A stretch of 64,000 bases of DNA from Rhodospirillaceae bacterium (GTDB lineage: Bacteria; Pseudomonadota; Alphaproteobacteria; SP197), in the NCBI GenBank assembly GCA_002722885.1, contig PBNE01000018.1:3113-67112 (forward strand). The letters run 5' to 3'. Below, in pieces: positions 45,763-54,721 of the stretch (positions are counted from its first letter, which is position 1; the number at the start of each line of letters is the position of its first letter). The notes under the pieces are model-generated. The model was not told the origin of the DNA. It did no database searches and was given only the letters and a program-made list of their open reading frames with translations. The translations under genes were made by a program, and so were the position numbers.

Positions 45763-47832
45763 ATGGCACGCGATCCGCGCTACGACATCCTCTTCGAACC
45801 GGTGAAGATCGGTCCGGTCACGGCCAGGAACCGGTTCTATCAGGTTCCCCATTGCAACGGCATGGGCCGGAAGCATCCCACGGCCATGGCCGTGATGCGG
45901 GGTGTGAAAGCCGAAGGCGGCTGGGCTGTCGTCTGCACCGAACAGTGCGACATTCATGTTACTTCGGACACTGAGCGTGAAATCCGCCTGTGGGACGACC
46001 GCGACATTCCCTACCTCGCGCGCGTGGCCGACCAGGTGCACAAGCACGGCGGCCTCGCGGGTCTCGAACTCACCCACATGGGTTATCACGCCGGCAACTA
46101 CATTGGCCGCGAGGTCGCCATGGCGCCCTCGGGACGCCCGGCCTACGGCAACATGCCCTTCCATGCCCGTGCGATGGACAAGACCGACATTGCGGACTAC
46201 CGCCGCTGGCATCGGGCCGCCGCCCTGCGCGGCAAGGAGGCCGGCTTCGACATCATGTATGTCTACGCCGGACACAGTCTCAGTCTGCCGATGCACTTTC
46301 TGTCGCAGCGCCACAACACCCGTACTGACGAATACGGCGGCTCAATGGAGAACCGCGTGCGCCTGCTGCGCGAGGTGATCGAGGACACCAAGAACGCTGT
46401 GGGCGACACCTGCGGCATCGCCGTGCGCCTAGCGGTTAACGAACTGCTGGGTCCCGGCGGCATCACTCCCGACAAAGAAGGCCGCGCCGTCATCGAGATG
46501 CTGGGTGAGCTGCCTGATCTCTGGGACGTTAACGTGGCGGATTGGGAAAACGACAGCGAAACGTCGCGCTTCACCGAAGAGGGCTACCAAGAAGAACACA
46601 CCAGCTTCGTAAAGTCGCTGACCTCCAAGCCTGTCGTTGGTGTCGGTCGCTACACCAGCCCCGACAAGATGGTCTCGCTTATCAAGAACGGCGTGCTCGA
46701 CATGATCGGCGCGGCGCGGCCCTCGATCGCCGATCCCTTTCTGCCGAAGAAGATCGAGGAAGGCCGAATCGAGGACATTCGCGAGTGCATCGGCTGCAAC
46801 ATTTGCATCGGCACCGCGAACCAGAACACCTACATGCGCTGCACCCAGAACCCGACCCAGAGCGAGGAATGGCGGCGTGACTGGCATCCCGAGGTCATAC
46901 CGCCCAAGAACACAGACGACCGGATACTGATCGTGGGTTCCGGACCAGCCGGCCTGGAAGCGGCGCGAGCCCTTGGTCAGCGCGGCTACGACGTCATGCT
47001 GGCAGAAGCCCGCCACGAGTTGGGCGGACGTGCGGCCTGGGAATCGGGCCTGCCGGGCCTTTCGGCCTGGGGCCGTGTGAAGGACTGGCGCATCGGCCAG
47101 CTTCACAAGTTGCCCAATGTCGAGATCTTCATGGATTCGGAGATGACCGCCGAGACCGTGCGCGAAACCGGTGCCAGCCTTGTGGCCCTGGCAACCGGCG
47201 CCACATGGCGGCGCGACGGGTCGGGCCGCTATCACGACCATGCGATGCAGAGCGCCCTGAAGTTCGCCCAGAAAATCTTCACACCCGAGGACATCGTGGC
47301 CGGCGCCGATGTGGAAGGCCCCGTCGTCGTCTTCGATGATGACCACTACTACATGGGCGGTGTCATCGCCGAAGCCCTGGCCCGCGCCGGGCGCACGGTC
47401 AGCATCGTCACGCCCTCCGCTTCGGTCTCGTCATGGACCGCCTTCACGCTCGAGATCGGACGCATTCAGGCGCGCATGCGGGAGCTCGGCATTGCGCTCC
47501 ACCTCGACCACACCCTGACAGATATCGACATGGGCGAAATCGAGATTACCGACATCTACTCCGGCCGTACAGAGTGGATCAACTGCAGCAGTGTGGTGAT
47601 GGTCACCGGCCAGAATCCGAACGATGCGCTCTACCACGAGCTCATGGCCGACAAAGCCGCGAACGAAGCCGCCGGCATCCGCCGCATCTCGCGCATTGGC
47701 GACTGCTACGGCCCCGGACCCATCGCCGCCGCCGTCTTCGGCGGCCACCGTTATGCCCGTGAACTGGGTGACCATGTCGGTGACGGCGTACCCTTCAAAC
47801 GTGAAATCGTCGAACTCGTGGCCGAGATCTGA
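45763..47832 (+). CDS. Trimethylamine/dimethylamine dehydrogenase-family flavin/Fe-S protein
   Basis: The N-terminus ARDPRYDILFEPVKIGPVTARNRFYQVPHCNGMG closely parallels the remembered Methylophilus TMADH N-terminus, including the Cys used for 6-S-cysteinyl-FMN. CIGCNIC...C Fe-S motif and an ADP-binding fold ILIVGSGPAGLEAA. Confidence 0.9.
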   Translation: MARDPRYDILFEPVKIGPVTARNRFYQVPHCNGMGRKHPTAMAVMRGVKAEGGWAVVCTEQCDIHVTSDTEREIRLWDDRDIPYLARVADQVHKHGGLAGLELTHMGYHAGNYIGREVAMAPSGRPAYGNMPFHARAMDKTDIADYRRWHRAAALRGKEAGFDIMYVYAGHSLSLPMHFLSQRHNTRTDEYGGSMENRVRLLREVIEDTKNAVGDTCGIAVRLAVNELLGPGGITPDKEGRAVIEMLGELPDLWDVNVADWENDSETSRFTEEGYQEEHTSFVKSLTSKPVVGVGRYTSPDKMVSLIKNGVLDMIGAARPSIADPFLPKKIEEGRIEDIRECIGCNICIGTANQNTYMRCTQNPTQSEEWRRDWHPEVIPPKNTDDRILIVGSGPAGLEAARALGQRGYDVMLAEARHELGGRAAWESGLPGLSAWGRVKDWRIGQLHKLPNVEIFMDSEMTAETVRETGASLVALATGATWRRDGSGRYHDHAMQSALKFAQKIFTPEDIVAGADVEGPVVVFDDDHYYMGGVIAEALARAGRTVSIVTPSASVSSWTAFTLEIGRIQARMRELGIALHLDHTLTDIDMGEIEITDIYSGRTEWINCSSVVMVTGQNPNDALYHELMADKAANEAAGIRRISRIGDCYGPGPIAAAVFGGHRYARELGDHVGDGVPFKREIVELVAEI

Positions 47833-47844
47833 GCCGCCCCTCGC

Positions 47845-49452
47845 ATGTCTCAGTCCGGTTCCAGTCTACCACCGCTGCCGGTCTCGATCCCGCACATGCT
47901 GTCCGAACGGGCACGCGCAACGCCGGATCGTGAAGCGTTTGTCTTTTTCGACCAGAACAAGACAATTACTTACCGGGGACTTGAGGAGGAAGTCAGGCGG
48001 GTTGCCGCCGGCCTCTCTTCCATGGGTGTCCGCAAGGGGACCCATGTCGCGCTGATGCTGCCCAACATCGCTGAATTCCCGTTCACCTGGCTGGCACTAG
48101 CCTGGTTGGGTGCCATTTCGGTCCAGCTCAACCCGAAGTTCACCGGCCGGGAGCTCGACTACGTTCTGAACGACGCCGATGTCGACTACCTAGTGATCGA
48201 CGAAACCTGCCTGTCGTCGTTCGATGCGATGGAACAGCGCAGCGCACGCCTGCCCGACGCCAACATCATCGTTTGCAGCACGGAACGCACCGACAGTCCC
48301 TATGCCCTCTGGGCTTCATTGACCGACTCCGCCCCACTGCCCGAGGCCCCGCGCGACGACGTCACCCGGCACGATGTCGTCGCCATTCTCTACACCTCAG
48401 GCACCACAGGATTTCCCAAGGGGTGCATGCTCGATCATCAGTACTGGCTGCAGATCGCCACCTGCGCGCTGTTGGCCCAGGGCGATCACACGCCGCGCCG
48501 GTCTCTGATTCAGGAGCCGATGTTCTACATCCAAGGCAACGCCATCTTCGTTGCCTCATTGCTCGCCAACGCCACGGTCTACTGCCCCGCGAGGCCCAGC
48601 ATCGCGAAGTTCCTCGGTTGGGTGCAGGACTACGCCATCGACTATTGCGCGATCCCTGTCCCGCTGCTCCATGTCATGGAAGACTACCCTGCGGAGATGG
48701 GCCAGAGCCTTTGCTTTGTCCATGCCTGGTACTATCCTGGCGGTGCCCTGGAGCGCCTCGAAGAGCGCTTCAGACTTGTCGGCAGAGATTCCTATGCGAT
48801 GACCGAAAATGGGCTCTGTCTCTACGTGCCCGTTGACCGCCCCGACCTCGCGGGCAGGGGCTCGGTCGGTGTCCCGGCACCCGGACGCGAGATTCGTATC
48901 GTCGATGAGGATGGCAACGATGTGGCCGACGGAGAGACCGGTGAAGTCTGGACGGCCGGCCCCGGACATTTCCACGGCTACTACCGCAAGACCACCGCCA
49001 ACCGTGAGAGCTTCCAGGGACGCTGGTTCCGCACCGGCGACCTGATGCGGCGTGACGCAGACGGCGGCCACTATCTGGTCGGACGCATCAAAGACATGAT
49101 CAAACGCTCAGGAGAGAACATCTCAGCAGCAGAAGTCGAAGGCTGCCTTGCCCGCCTGCCCGGGATTGTCATGACCGCTGTGATCTCCGTGCCTGATCCG
49201 GAGCGCGGTGAAGAGGTCAAGGCCTACCTTTGTCTCGCACCGGACCTGACGCCGGAGGACATCACGCCGCAGATGGTCTTCGACCACTGCGCAGACGGCC
49301 TTGCCGCCTTCAAAATTCCTCGCTACCTCGCCTACGTTGAGAGCCTTCCCATGACCGCCAGCGACGACAAGGTTTCGAAGGCCGAGCTGACCGTTGGCAT
49401 CGATGATCTCACGTCCGGTTCGTTTGACCGAATCGACGGCGTCTGGCGCTGA
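47845..49452 (+). CDS. AMP-binding acyl-CoA synthetase/ligase
   Basis: AMP motif ILYTSGTTGFPKG, YAMTE, TGD and a C-terminal K (IKRSGENI). Confidence 0.9.
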   Translation: MSQSGSSLPPLPVSIPHMLSERARATPDREAFVFFDQNKTITYRGLEEEVRRVAAGLSSMGVRKGTHVALMLPNIAEFPFTWLALAWLGAISVQLNPKFTGRELDYVLNDADVDYLVIDETCLSSFDAMEQRSARLPDANIIVCSTERTDSPYALWASLTDSAPLPEAPRDDVTRHDVVAILYTSGTTGFPKGCMLDHQYWLQIATCALLAQGDHTPRRSLIQEPMFYIQGNAIFVASLLANATVYCPARPSIAKFLGWVQDYAIDYCAIPVPLLHVMEDYPAEMGQSLCFVHAWYYPGGALERLEERFRLVGRDSYAMTENGLCLYVPVDRPDLAGRGSVGVPAPGREIRIVDEDGNDVADGETGEVWTAGPGHFHGYYRKTTANRESFQGRWFRTGDLMRRDADGGHYLVGRIKDMIKRSGENISAAEVEGCLARLPGIVMTAVISVPDPERGEEVKAYLCLAPDLTPEDITPQMVFDHCADGLAAFKIPRYLAYVESLPMTASDDKVSKAELTVGIDDLTSGSFDRIDGVWR

Positions 49453-49467
49453 GGGCGGACAGAGACA

Positions 49468-49920
49468 ATGAGCTCCGAGACATCGATTATCCTGGAACGG
49501 TTGCACCGTCCGGACACCGAGCTTGGTGTCTCCGGTTGGCTGCTCGTCGACGCGACTCTCAATCAGGCCTTCGCCGATGCCACGCTTGATCCCGTCGCCA
49601 TAGAGATCGAAGGACAGGCTCATGCTCACGGTTTCCTCACCATGTCCCTGCTTTCCCATTTGTGCTCGCAGGCGCTGGGCCTCGTGACGCCGGGCGACAT
49701 GACGGAGGAAGGCTACACCCTTAACTACGGCTTCAACCGTCTGCGCCTGATCGAACCGGTGCCTCTGGGATCCCGCATCCGCGGGCACTTCAGGACCTCT
49801 ACTGACGGCCCGACGGAACGGGGGGAGGTTACCCTGCTGCCGCTCGATGTCAGGATCGAGATCGAGGACAACGAACGACCGGCCATGGCCGCCCAGTGGC
49901 TGCTCGCCTGGCGACCCTGA
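49468..49920 (+). CDS. MaoC-like (hot-dog fold) dehydratase/hydratase
   Basis: 150 aa with ...HAHGFLTMSLLS... and the YGFNRLRLIEPV pattern typical of the MaoC/NodN family. Confidence 0.8.
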   Translation: MSSETSIILERLHRPDTELGVSGWLLVDATLNQAFADATLDPVAIEIEGQAHAHGFLTMSLLSHLCSQALGLVTPGDMTEEGYTLNYGFNRLRLIEPVPLGSRIRGHFRTSTDGPTERGEVTLLPLDVRIEIEDNERPAMAAQWLLAWRP

Positions 49921-49929
49921 GCAGCGGGT

Positions 49930-50712
49930 TTAAGCACCTTCCAACCCATCGATCAGGGCCGGCAGGTCAGCGACGGAATCGATGACGTGATCGGCGCCGG
50001 CGGCCCTCAGCTTAGCCACGGCGTGGTCACGCAACGGTGCGATCTCCGCTTCCGACATGGCCGCTAGCTCGTCCGGAGTCTTGCCGACATAGTTGCCCGA
50101 CAGCGATACACCCACGGTCAGGCAGCCCGCCGCCACACCCTCGGTAATCCCCGGCTCGGTATCGTCGACCTTGATCACAGCTGACGGCGGATAGACGTCG
50201 AGATCAATGAAGCATTGGTACATGCCCAGCGGCCCGGGTCTGCCTTCCTTAAGATCATCGGAACAGACGAGGTTGTCGGGTTCATAGCCCTGGGCTGCAG
50301 CCACCGGCAGGACGTGGGCCATGATCGAACGGGTGTATCCGGTGGTCGAACCAATCTTCATGCCACGTCTGCGAAGGTCCTGGATCGTGCCAAGCGCACC
50401 GGGAACCAGATCGGCATACTTGGCCACAACCCGTTCGTTCATCGGTACAAACATCTCGTAGAGCGCATCGACATCCCGATCGGTCGGCGCGGCTCCGTTC
50501 AACACTTGCCACTGCGTCGCAATTCGTCCCTCGCGCAGCATCGTCCGGATGTGGTCCCGTTTGGCCATGCCCATTGGCGCGCGGGCCTCCTCGACGGTCG
50601 CCTCGATGCCGAACGCTGCAAAGGCCTCCACGAACACGCCCATCGGCGCAAACGATCCGAAGTCGACCATCGTACCGGCCCAGTCGAACACCACCGCCTT
50701 GAACATCGTCAT
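49930..50712 (-). CDS. phnX: Phosphonoacetaldehyde hydrolase (phosphonatase), HAD superfamily
   Basis: AVVFDWAGTMVDFGSFAP (HAD motif I in the PhnX context), GMAKRDHI (Schiff-base Lys region), GSTTGYTR, GRPGPLGMY and DDTEPGI. Confidence 0.85.
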   Translation of the reverse strand: MTMFKAVVFDWAGTMVDFGSFAPMGVFVEAFAAFGIEATVEEARAPMGMAKRDHIRTMLREGRIATQWQVLNGAAPTDRDVDALYEMFVPMNERVVAKYADLVPGALGTIQDLRRRGMKIGSTTGYTRSIMAHVLPVAAAQGYEPDNLVCSDDLKEGRPGPLGMYQCFIDLDVYPPSAVIKVDDTEPGITEGVAAGCLTVGVSLSGNYVGKTPDELAAMSEAEIAPLRDHAVAKLRAAGADHVIDSVADLPALIDGLEGA

Positions 50713-51064
50713 GTGCGTCACCTGTTGTTGCGGCACTCTTGTTGACCTCAACCTGCCTGTAATCCTTCCAGCCGCGACAAGATTGTGAAGCCAATCAGAT
50801 TGTAAACAATTGCATCCTTTATTGATCTGCCGGAGCCGAGCCGATGTCTTCCCTGCCAAACAACACCGATGTTCTGGTCATCGAGGCATCCAGGATGGCC
50901 GTGCAGCCCCAGTCTCCGCTCTCGCCGAGATGTTCCAGCCAACCCTCAGCGGCGTCGCGCCAATTGTCGTTCACATCATTCCTCCCCACGGGCCGCATTG
51001 TGCTACAGGAGTCTGGAAGACACGAACACCTGATAACCTTTGGGAACCCGTGAGGCACGAGGCC

Positions 51065-52741
51065 ATGCGACACGCCCCAGACGCCAGCAGCGAAACGACC
51101 GTAAGCTATCGTCGGTCGCCTTCCGAGGTCATGCGGCTCGACCGGCTGGGTTCGTTTCATGCCACGCGCCTGTCCTTCATGCAGACGCTGCTACGGCGGG
51201 TGGAGCGCGAAGACTGGCGCTTCGAACGGCGGCTATGGGAAATCGACGAAAACGGTTTGGGTCGCGCGGTCTACACCGTCTACGGCCCGGAACGTGACTA
51301 TTCTCTTGTGGCCTTTGCCCATGATCTGCCCGACGACATGCGCTCGGACCGCGTCATCGCCACAGCCTGGGACGCCACCTTCAGCCTGTTTGACGGCATC
51401 CCCGACGAAGCGGACCTGCAGCGCCTGGAAGCCAATGTGCCGAAGCAGGAAGCCGGTCGGGTGTCCGACAACGAACTGTCACTTTCCCGCGCCAACCGTT
51501 CCGTGCGCCTGTTCAACCATGTCGTCGAAAGCCTGGCATCCGGCCAGCAGCCCGACCGCGAGCGGGTGGAGAGCACCGGCTACCTGATGCGGACCACGGC
51601 CGTCTACGGCTCCGGCAAGTTCGGCGCGGCAGACCGTGTGAAGATTGCCGACCGTCCGGATGTCAGCGGCCCCTTTCAGGCCGAGATGCTCTCGGTCTGG
51701 CTCACCCGCGCCTTCACCCTCGATCTCGCAGAACATCTGGCCCGTTGTCGGGGCGGCGAGCGGGCGACGACGCTTGATCCGGACCTGCGCCGCCTGTTCG
51801 GCGTCGGCAACTCCACCGGTCTGGGCATGGCTCCGTTCCTGATGAATCATCCCGTGCTCTTTAACAATTGGATCGCCGCGCGTGAGGAGGCCTTCGCCCG
51901 CGTCCGCGCCTTGCCCATTGCCGGGACGGAAGAGATTGCCACCTTCCGCGACACGCTCCAGGCCGCCATTCGCAACGCCCGCTTCTGGACGTCCGATCAT
52001 CCGCTTCAGCAGGACAAGCTGGCCGTTCTGCGCCGTGATCTCGAGACCATCACCGGACACACGACCGATAATGCTGCATTTGCCGGGGACAGACCGTGGG
52101 ATCGCCTGTGGCACTGGGGCCAGCAGACACTGGGTCTCGAAGGACAGGAGGCACTCGTCCCGTTGATCCTTGAGCCGCACGGAGATCTGATCGACGACCT
52201 CACCGCCTGCATGGCGGCTGATGAGGACTCGGAGTTCCGCATCAATGGTGGCCAGACCGTCACGGAGCTTCGGGATCTCATGGTCCGAAGCTACGACTGG
52301 GCGCTCGACACCGACTACGACACACCGGACCACAACGCCCGCTTCTGGTACGTCTCCGAAGAGAAACTCGAGCCGCGCCTGGGCGAGCGGCACAGCGAGG
52401 ACGGCGGCCACCTCGAACAACCCCTCGCCACCGGCCGCGACGCGGCGCGGCTGAAGACAGCGCTGGATGCCTGGCGGGGCGGAGACCTCGTGGCCGACTT
52501 TCTGCTCGCCCACCCCGAGCACCGTCATATGGTCCGCCGCGCCCAGATTGCCGCCCGATTCCCCTATTCCGAGATTCGCGACAACCTGATCGACGCCACC
52601 ATGCTTCCGATCGACCTGTTGCGCTGCAAGCTCTCCTTCTTCGGCGCCTCACGCTTCGATCCGCGTTCGGACCGTTGGGTACGCATCTGCATGTATCAGG
52701 GAGCTACCTTCCCGCACGAGCTGCTTAAGGCACCGGCATGA
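51065..52741 (+). CDS. Conserved-looking hypothetical protein (558 aa), no recognisable domain
   Basis: Long ORF with native-like composition and codon usage. ATGA overlap with the downstream gene. The start is uncertain (ATG 51065; the listed ORF opens at 50810). Confidence 0.7.
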   Translation: MRHAPDASSETTVSYRRSPSEVMRLDRLGSFHATRLSFMQTLLRRVEREDWRFERRLWEIDENGLGRAVYTVYGPERDYSLVAFAHDLPDDMRSDRVIATAWDATFSLFDGIPDEADLQRLEANVPKQEAGRVSDNELSLSRANRSVRLFNHVVESLASGQQPDRERVESTGYLMRTTAVYGSGKFGAADRVKIADRPDVSGPFQAEMLSVWLTRAFTLDLAEHLARCRGGERATTLDPDLRRLFGVGNSTGLGMAPFLMNHPVLFNNWIAAREEAFARVRALPIAGTEEIATFRDTLQAAIRNARFWTSDHPLQQDKLAVLRRDLETITGHTTDNAAFAGDRPWDRLWHWGQQTLGLEGQEALVPLILEPHGDLIDDLTACMAADEDSEFRINGGQTVTELRDLMVRSYDWALDTDYDTPDHNARFWYVSEEKLEPRLGERHSEDGGHLEQPLATGRDAARLKTALDAWRGGDLVADFLLAHPEHRHMVRRAQIAARFPYSEIRDNLIDATMLPIDLLRCKLSFFGASRFDPRSDRWVRICMYQGATFPHELLKAPA

Positions 52742-53442
52742 GTGATCCCACCGCGCAAACCCCGGCCGCTCCAACCACCGACGTCACTGGAGCCTGGGAT
52801 GTCTCGCTGGCCGAAATCGACGCCATGGGGCTGAAGGCCGCACGCGGGGCCGGGTTTGCCTGGGGCATGGCCCAGGAGGCCGGACGTGCGGCTCGTTGGC
52901 TTGCCTCCTACGGCCTGCCGGGTCCAGAAACGCTGGCCAACCTGCTGCAGATCATCGACGGCGAAAACGAACGCCACACGCCGGTCGCCGACGGTCCCGT
53001 CTGGCACGGCAGGGGTGGACCCATGTGCCCCATTCATCTGGGCACCGTGCTTTCGGATCGCGCACACGAGATCACGGATTCTCGACACATGGCGGCCGGC
53101 GCTCTTGACCTTCCGATTCTCGTTCTGCCCTTCCTGTGCCGTGTTGCCCGAGACCTCGACATGACCCTGATGATGGAGCTGCAGGCTCTGACAGCATATG
53201 CAACCCCCACGGGGCCGGCGCTTGAGGATCTGCAGGCACCCTGGCCCGGTACCACAGAACGCCTGGTCGTGAGCCGCGTCGCAGCTAGCGCCTGGACGCC
53301 CCGTTCCAATAAGCCCGATGCCCACACCATTCGCCTCGACATCTGGCGTGTTCTCGATGGTTTCGCCCAGCGCACCTATGTTCCGACAACCGAACAGTCC
53401 CGTGCCACCGGCGCCGGGTCCGGGCTTGACGACAACGACTGA
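52738..53442 (+). CDS. Hypothetical protein, possibly DUF3726-like (234 aa)
   Basis: GLKAARGAGFAWGMAQEAGRAARWLASYGLPG resembles, from memory, the N-terminal signature of DUF3726 proteins. Translationally coupled to the upstream gene. Confidence 0.7.
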   Translation: MSDPTAQTPAAPTTDVTGAWDVSLAEIDAMGLKAARGAGFAWGMAQEAGRAARWLASYGLPGPETLANLLQIIDGENERHTPVADGPVWHGRGGPMCPIHLGTVLSDRAHEITDSRHMAAGALDLPILVLPFLCRVARDLDMTLMMELQALTAYATPTGPALEDLQAPWPGTTERLVVSRVAASAWTPRSNKPDAHTIRLDIWRVLDGFAQRTYVPTTEQSRATGAGSGLDDND

Positions 53443-53514
53443 GCCCCAACGGTTCCCAAGGGCCGGCCTCGGCACTATCGTGTCCACCGCATTATCGAAG
53501 TTGAGGAGTGTGTG

Positions 53515-54702
53515 ATGCCTGATCCCAAGAGCGGCGAACTCAGAGGCAACCGGAACCTGAAGCGCCTTGAGCGCATCTCGCAGACCAAGCAGCAGCAGGA
53601 GATCGAACGCGGACTGGAGCTCGGGCTCGAAGCCGCCGAGTCGATCAACGACCGCACCATCTCGAACTTCAGCCGAGGCCACCTCCCGGCCTTTGCCGGC
53701 ATCAACACCTTCATGAAGACGCCGTATTGCGAGGACATTCGCAAGGTCGGCGAGTACGAGGCCGCCTTTGTCGGCGTGCCCTTCGACACCGGCACCACCT
53801 ACCGTCCCGGAACCCGCTTCGGACCCCAGGGTGTCCGGCGCATCTCGGCGGTCTATGACGGCTACTGTGTCGACGGGGCCGTCGATCTCTTCGAAGAGCT
53901 CGATATCTGCGATGCCGGCGACATCTTTGTCATTCCCGGCAACATCGAAAAGACTTTCGATCAGGTCTCCAAGGGCATCTCGCATATCTTCCAGTCTGGC
54001 GCCTTCCCCGTCATCGTCGGCGGCGATCACAGTCTCGGCTATCCCAATGTCAGGGGTGTCGCGCCGCACATCGACGGCAATGTCGGCATCATCCATTTCG
54101 ACCGTCACCTGGACACCCAGGACATCGACATGGACGAGCGGATGCACACCACTCCGTGGTACTGGACGACCAACAACCACGAGAGCGTCGATCACTCCAA
54201 GGCCCATCAACATCACCACCACATGCACGATGTCGGGCTTTCCAACTGCCCGCCGAAGAACCTGGTGCAGATCGGCATCGGCGGCTGGTACGGCAACCGT
54301 CCGGGCTCCGAGGTCGCGCGCGACCGCGGCACCAGCGTCATCACCATGAAGGATTTCGAGGAGCTGGGTATCGCCGGCACCGCCGAAATGGCGCTGGAAC
54401 TCGCCTGGAAAGACGCTGAGGCGGTTTATCTCTCCTTCGATATCGACTCGATCGATCCCGGTTACGCGCCGGGCACCGGCACACCGGAACCGGGCGGCTT
54501 CACACCGCGCGAGGCGCTCGAGATGGTACGCCTGATCGCCCGTGAAGGCCTTTGCGCCATGGAAGTGGTCGAGGTTTCACCGCCCTATGACGTGAACGAC
54601 AACACCTCCCAGCTCGCCTGCCGTGTCATCCTGGACACGTTGGGTACCATGGTCAGCGAGGGCAAACTGGGCCACCGCGATCAGGTCATGCGGCCCGAGT
54701 AG
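53515..54702 (+). CDS. Arginase/agmatinase/guanidino-acid hydrolase (ureohydrolase) family protein with N-terminal extension and a His-rich insertion
   Basis: Metal-ligand blocks VGGDHSLGYP, IHFDRHLDT and LSFDIDSIDPGYAPGTGTPEPGG. GAGGAG Shine-Dalgarno 7 nt upstream of ATG 53515. Confidence 0.88.
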   Translation: MPDPKSGELRGNRNLKRLERISQTKQQQEIERGLELGLEAAESINDRTISNFSRGHLPAFAGINTFMKTPYCEDIRKVGEYEAAFVGVPFDTGTTYRPGTRFGPQGVRRISAVYDGYCVDGAVDLFEELDICDAGDIFVIPGNIEKTFDQVSKGISHIFQSGAFPVIVGGDHSLGYPNVRGVAPHIDGNVGIIHFDRHLDTQDIDMDERMHTTPWYWTTNNHESVDHSKAHQHHHHMHDVGLSNCPPKNLVQIGIGGWYGNRPGSEVARDRGTSVITMKDFEELGIAGTAEMALELAWKDAEAVYLSFDIDSIDPGYAPGTGTPEPGGFTPREALEMVRLIAREGLCAMEVVEVSPPYDVNDNTSQLACRVILDTLGTMVSEGKLGHRDQVMRPE

Positions 54703-54721
54703 AAGGACAGGAGTTTCCCTC

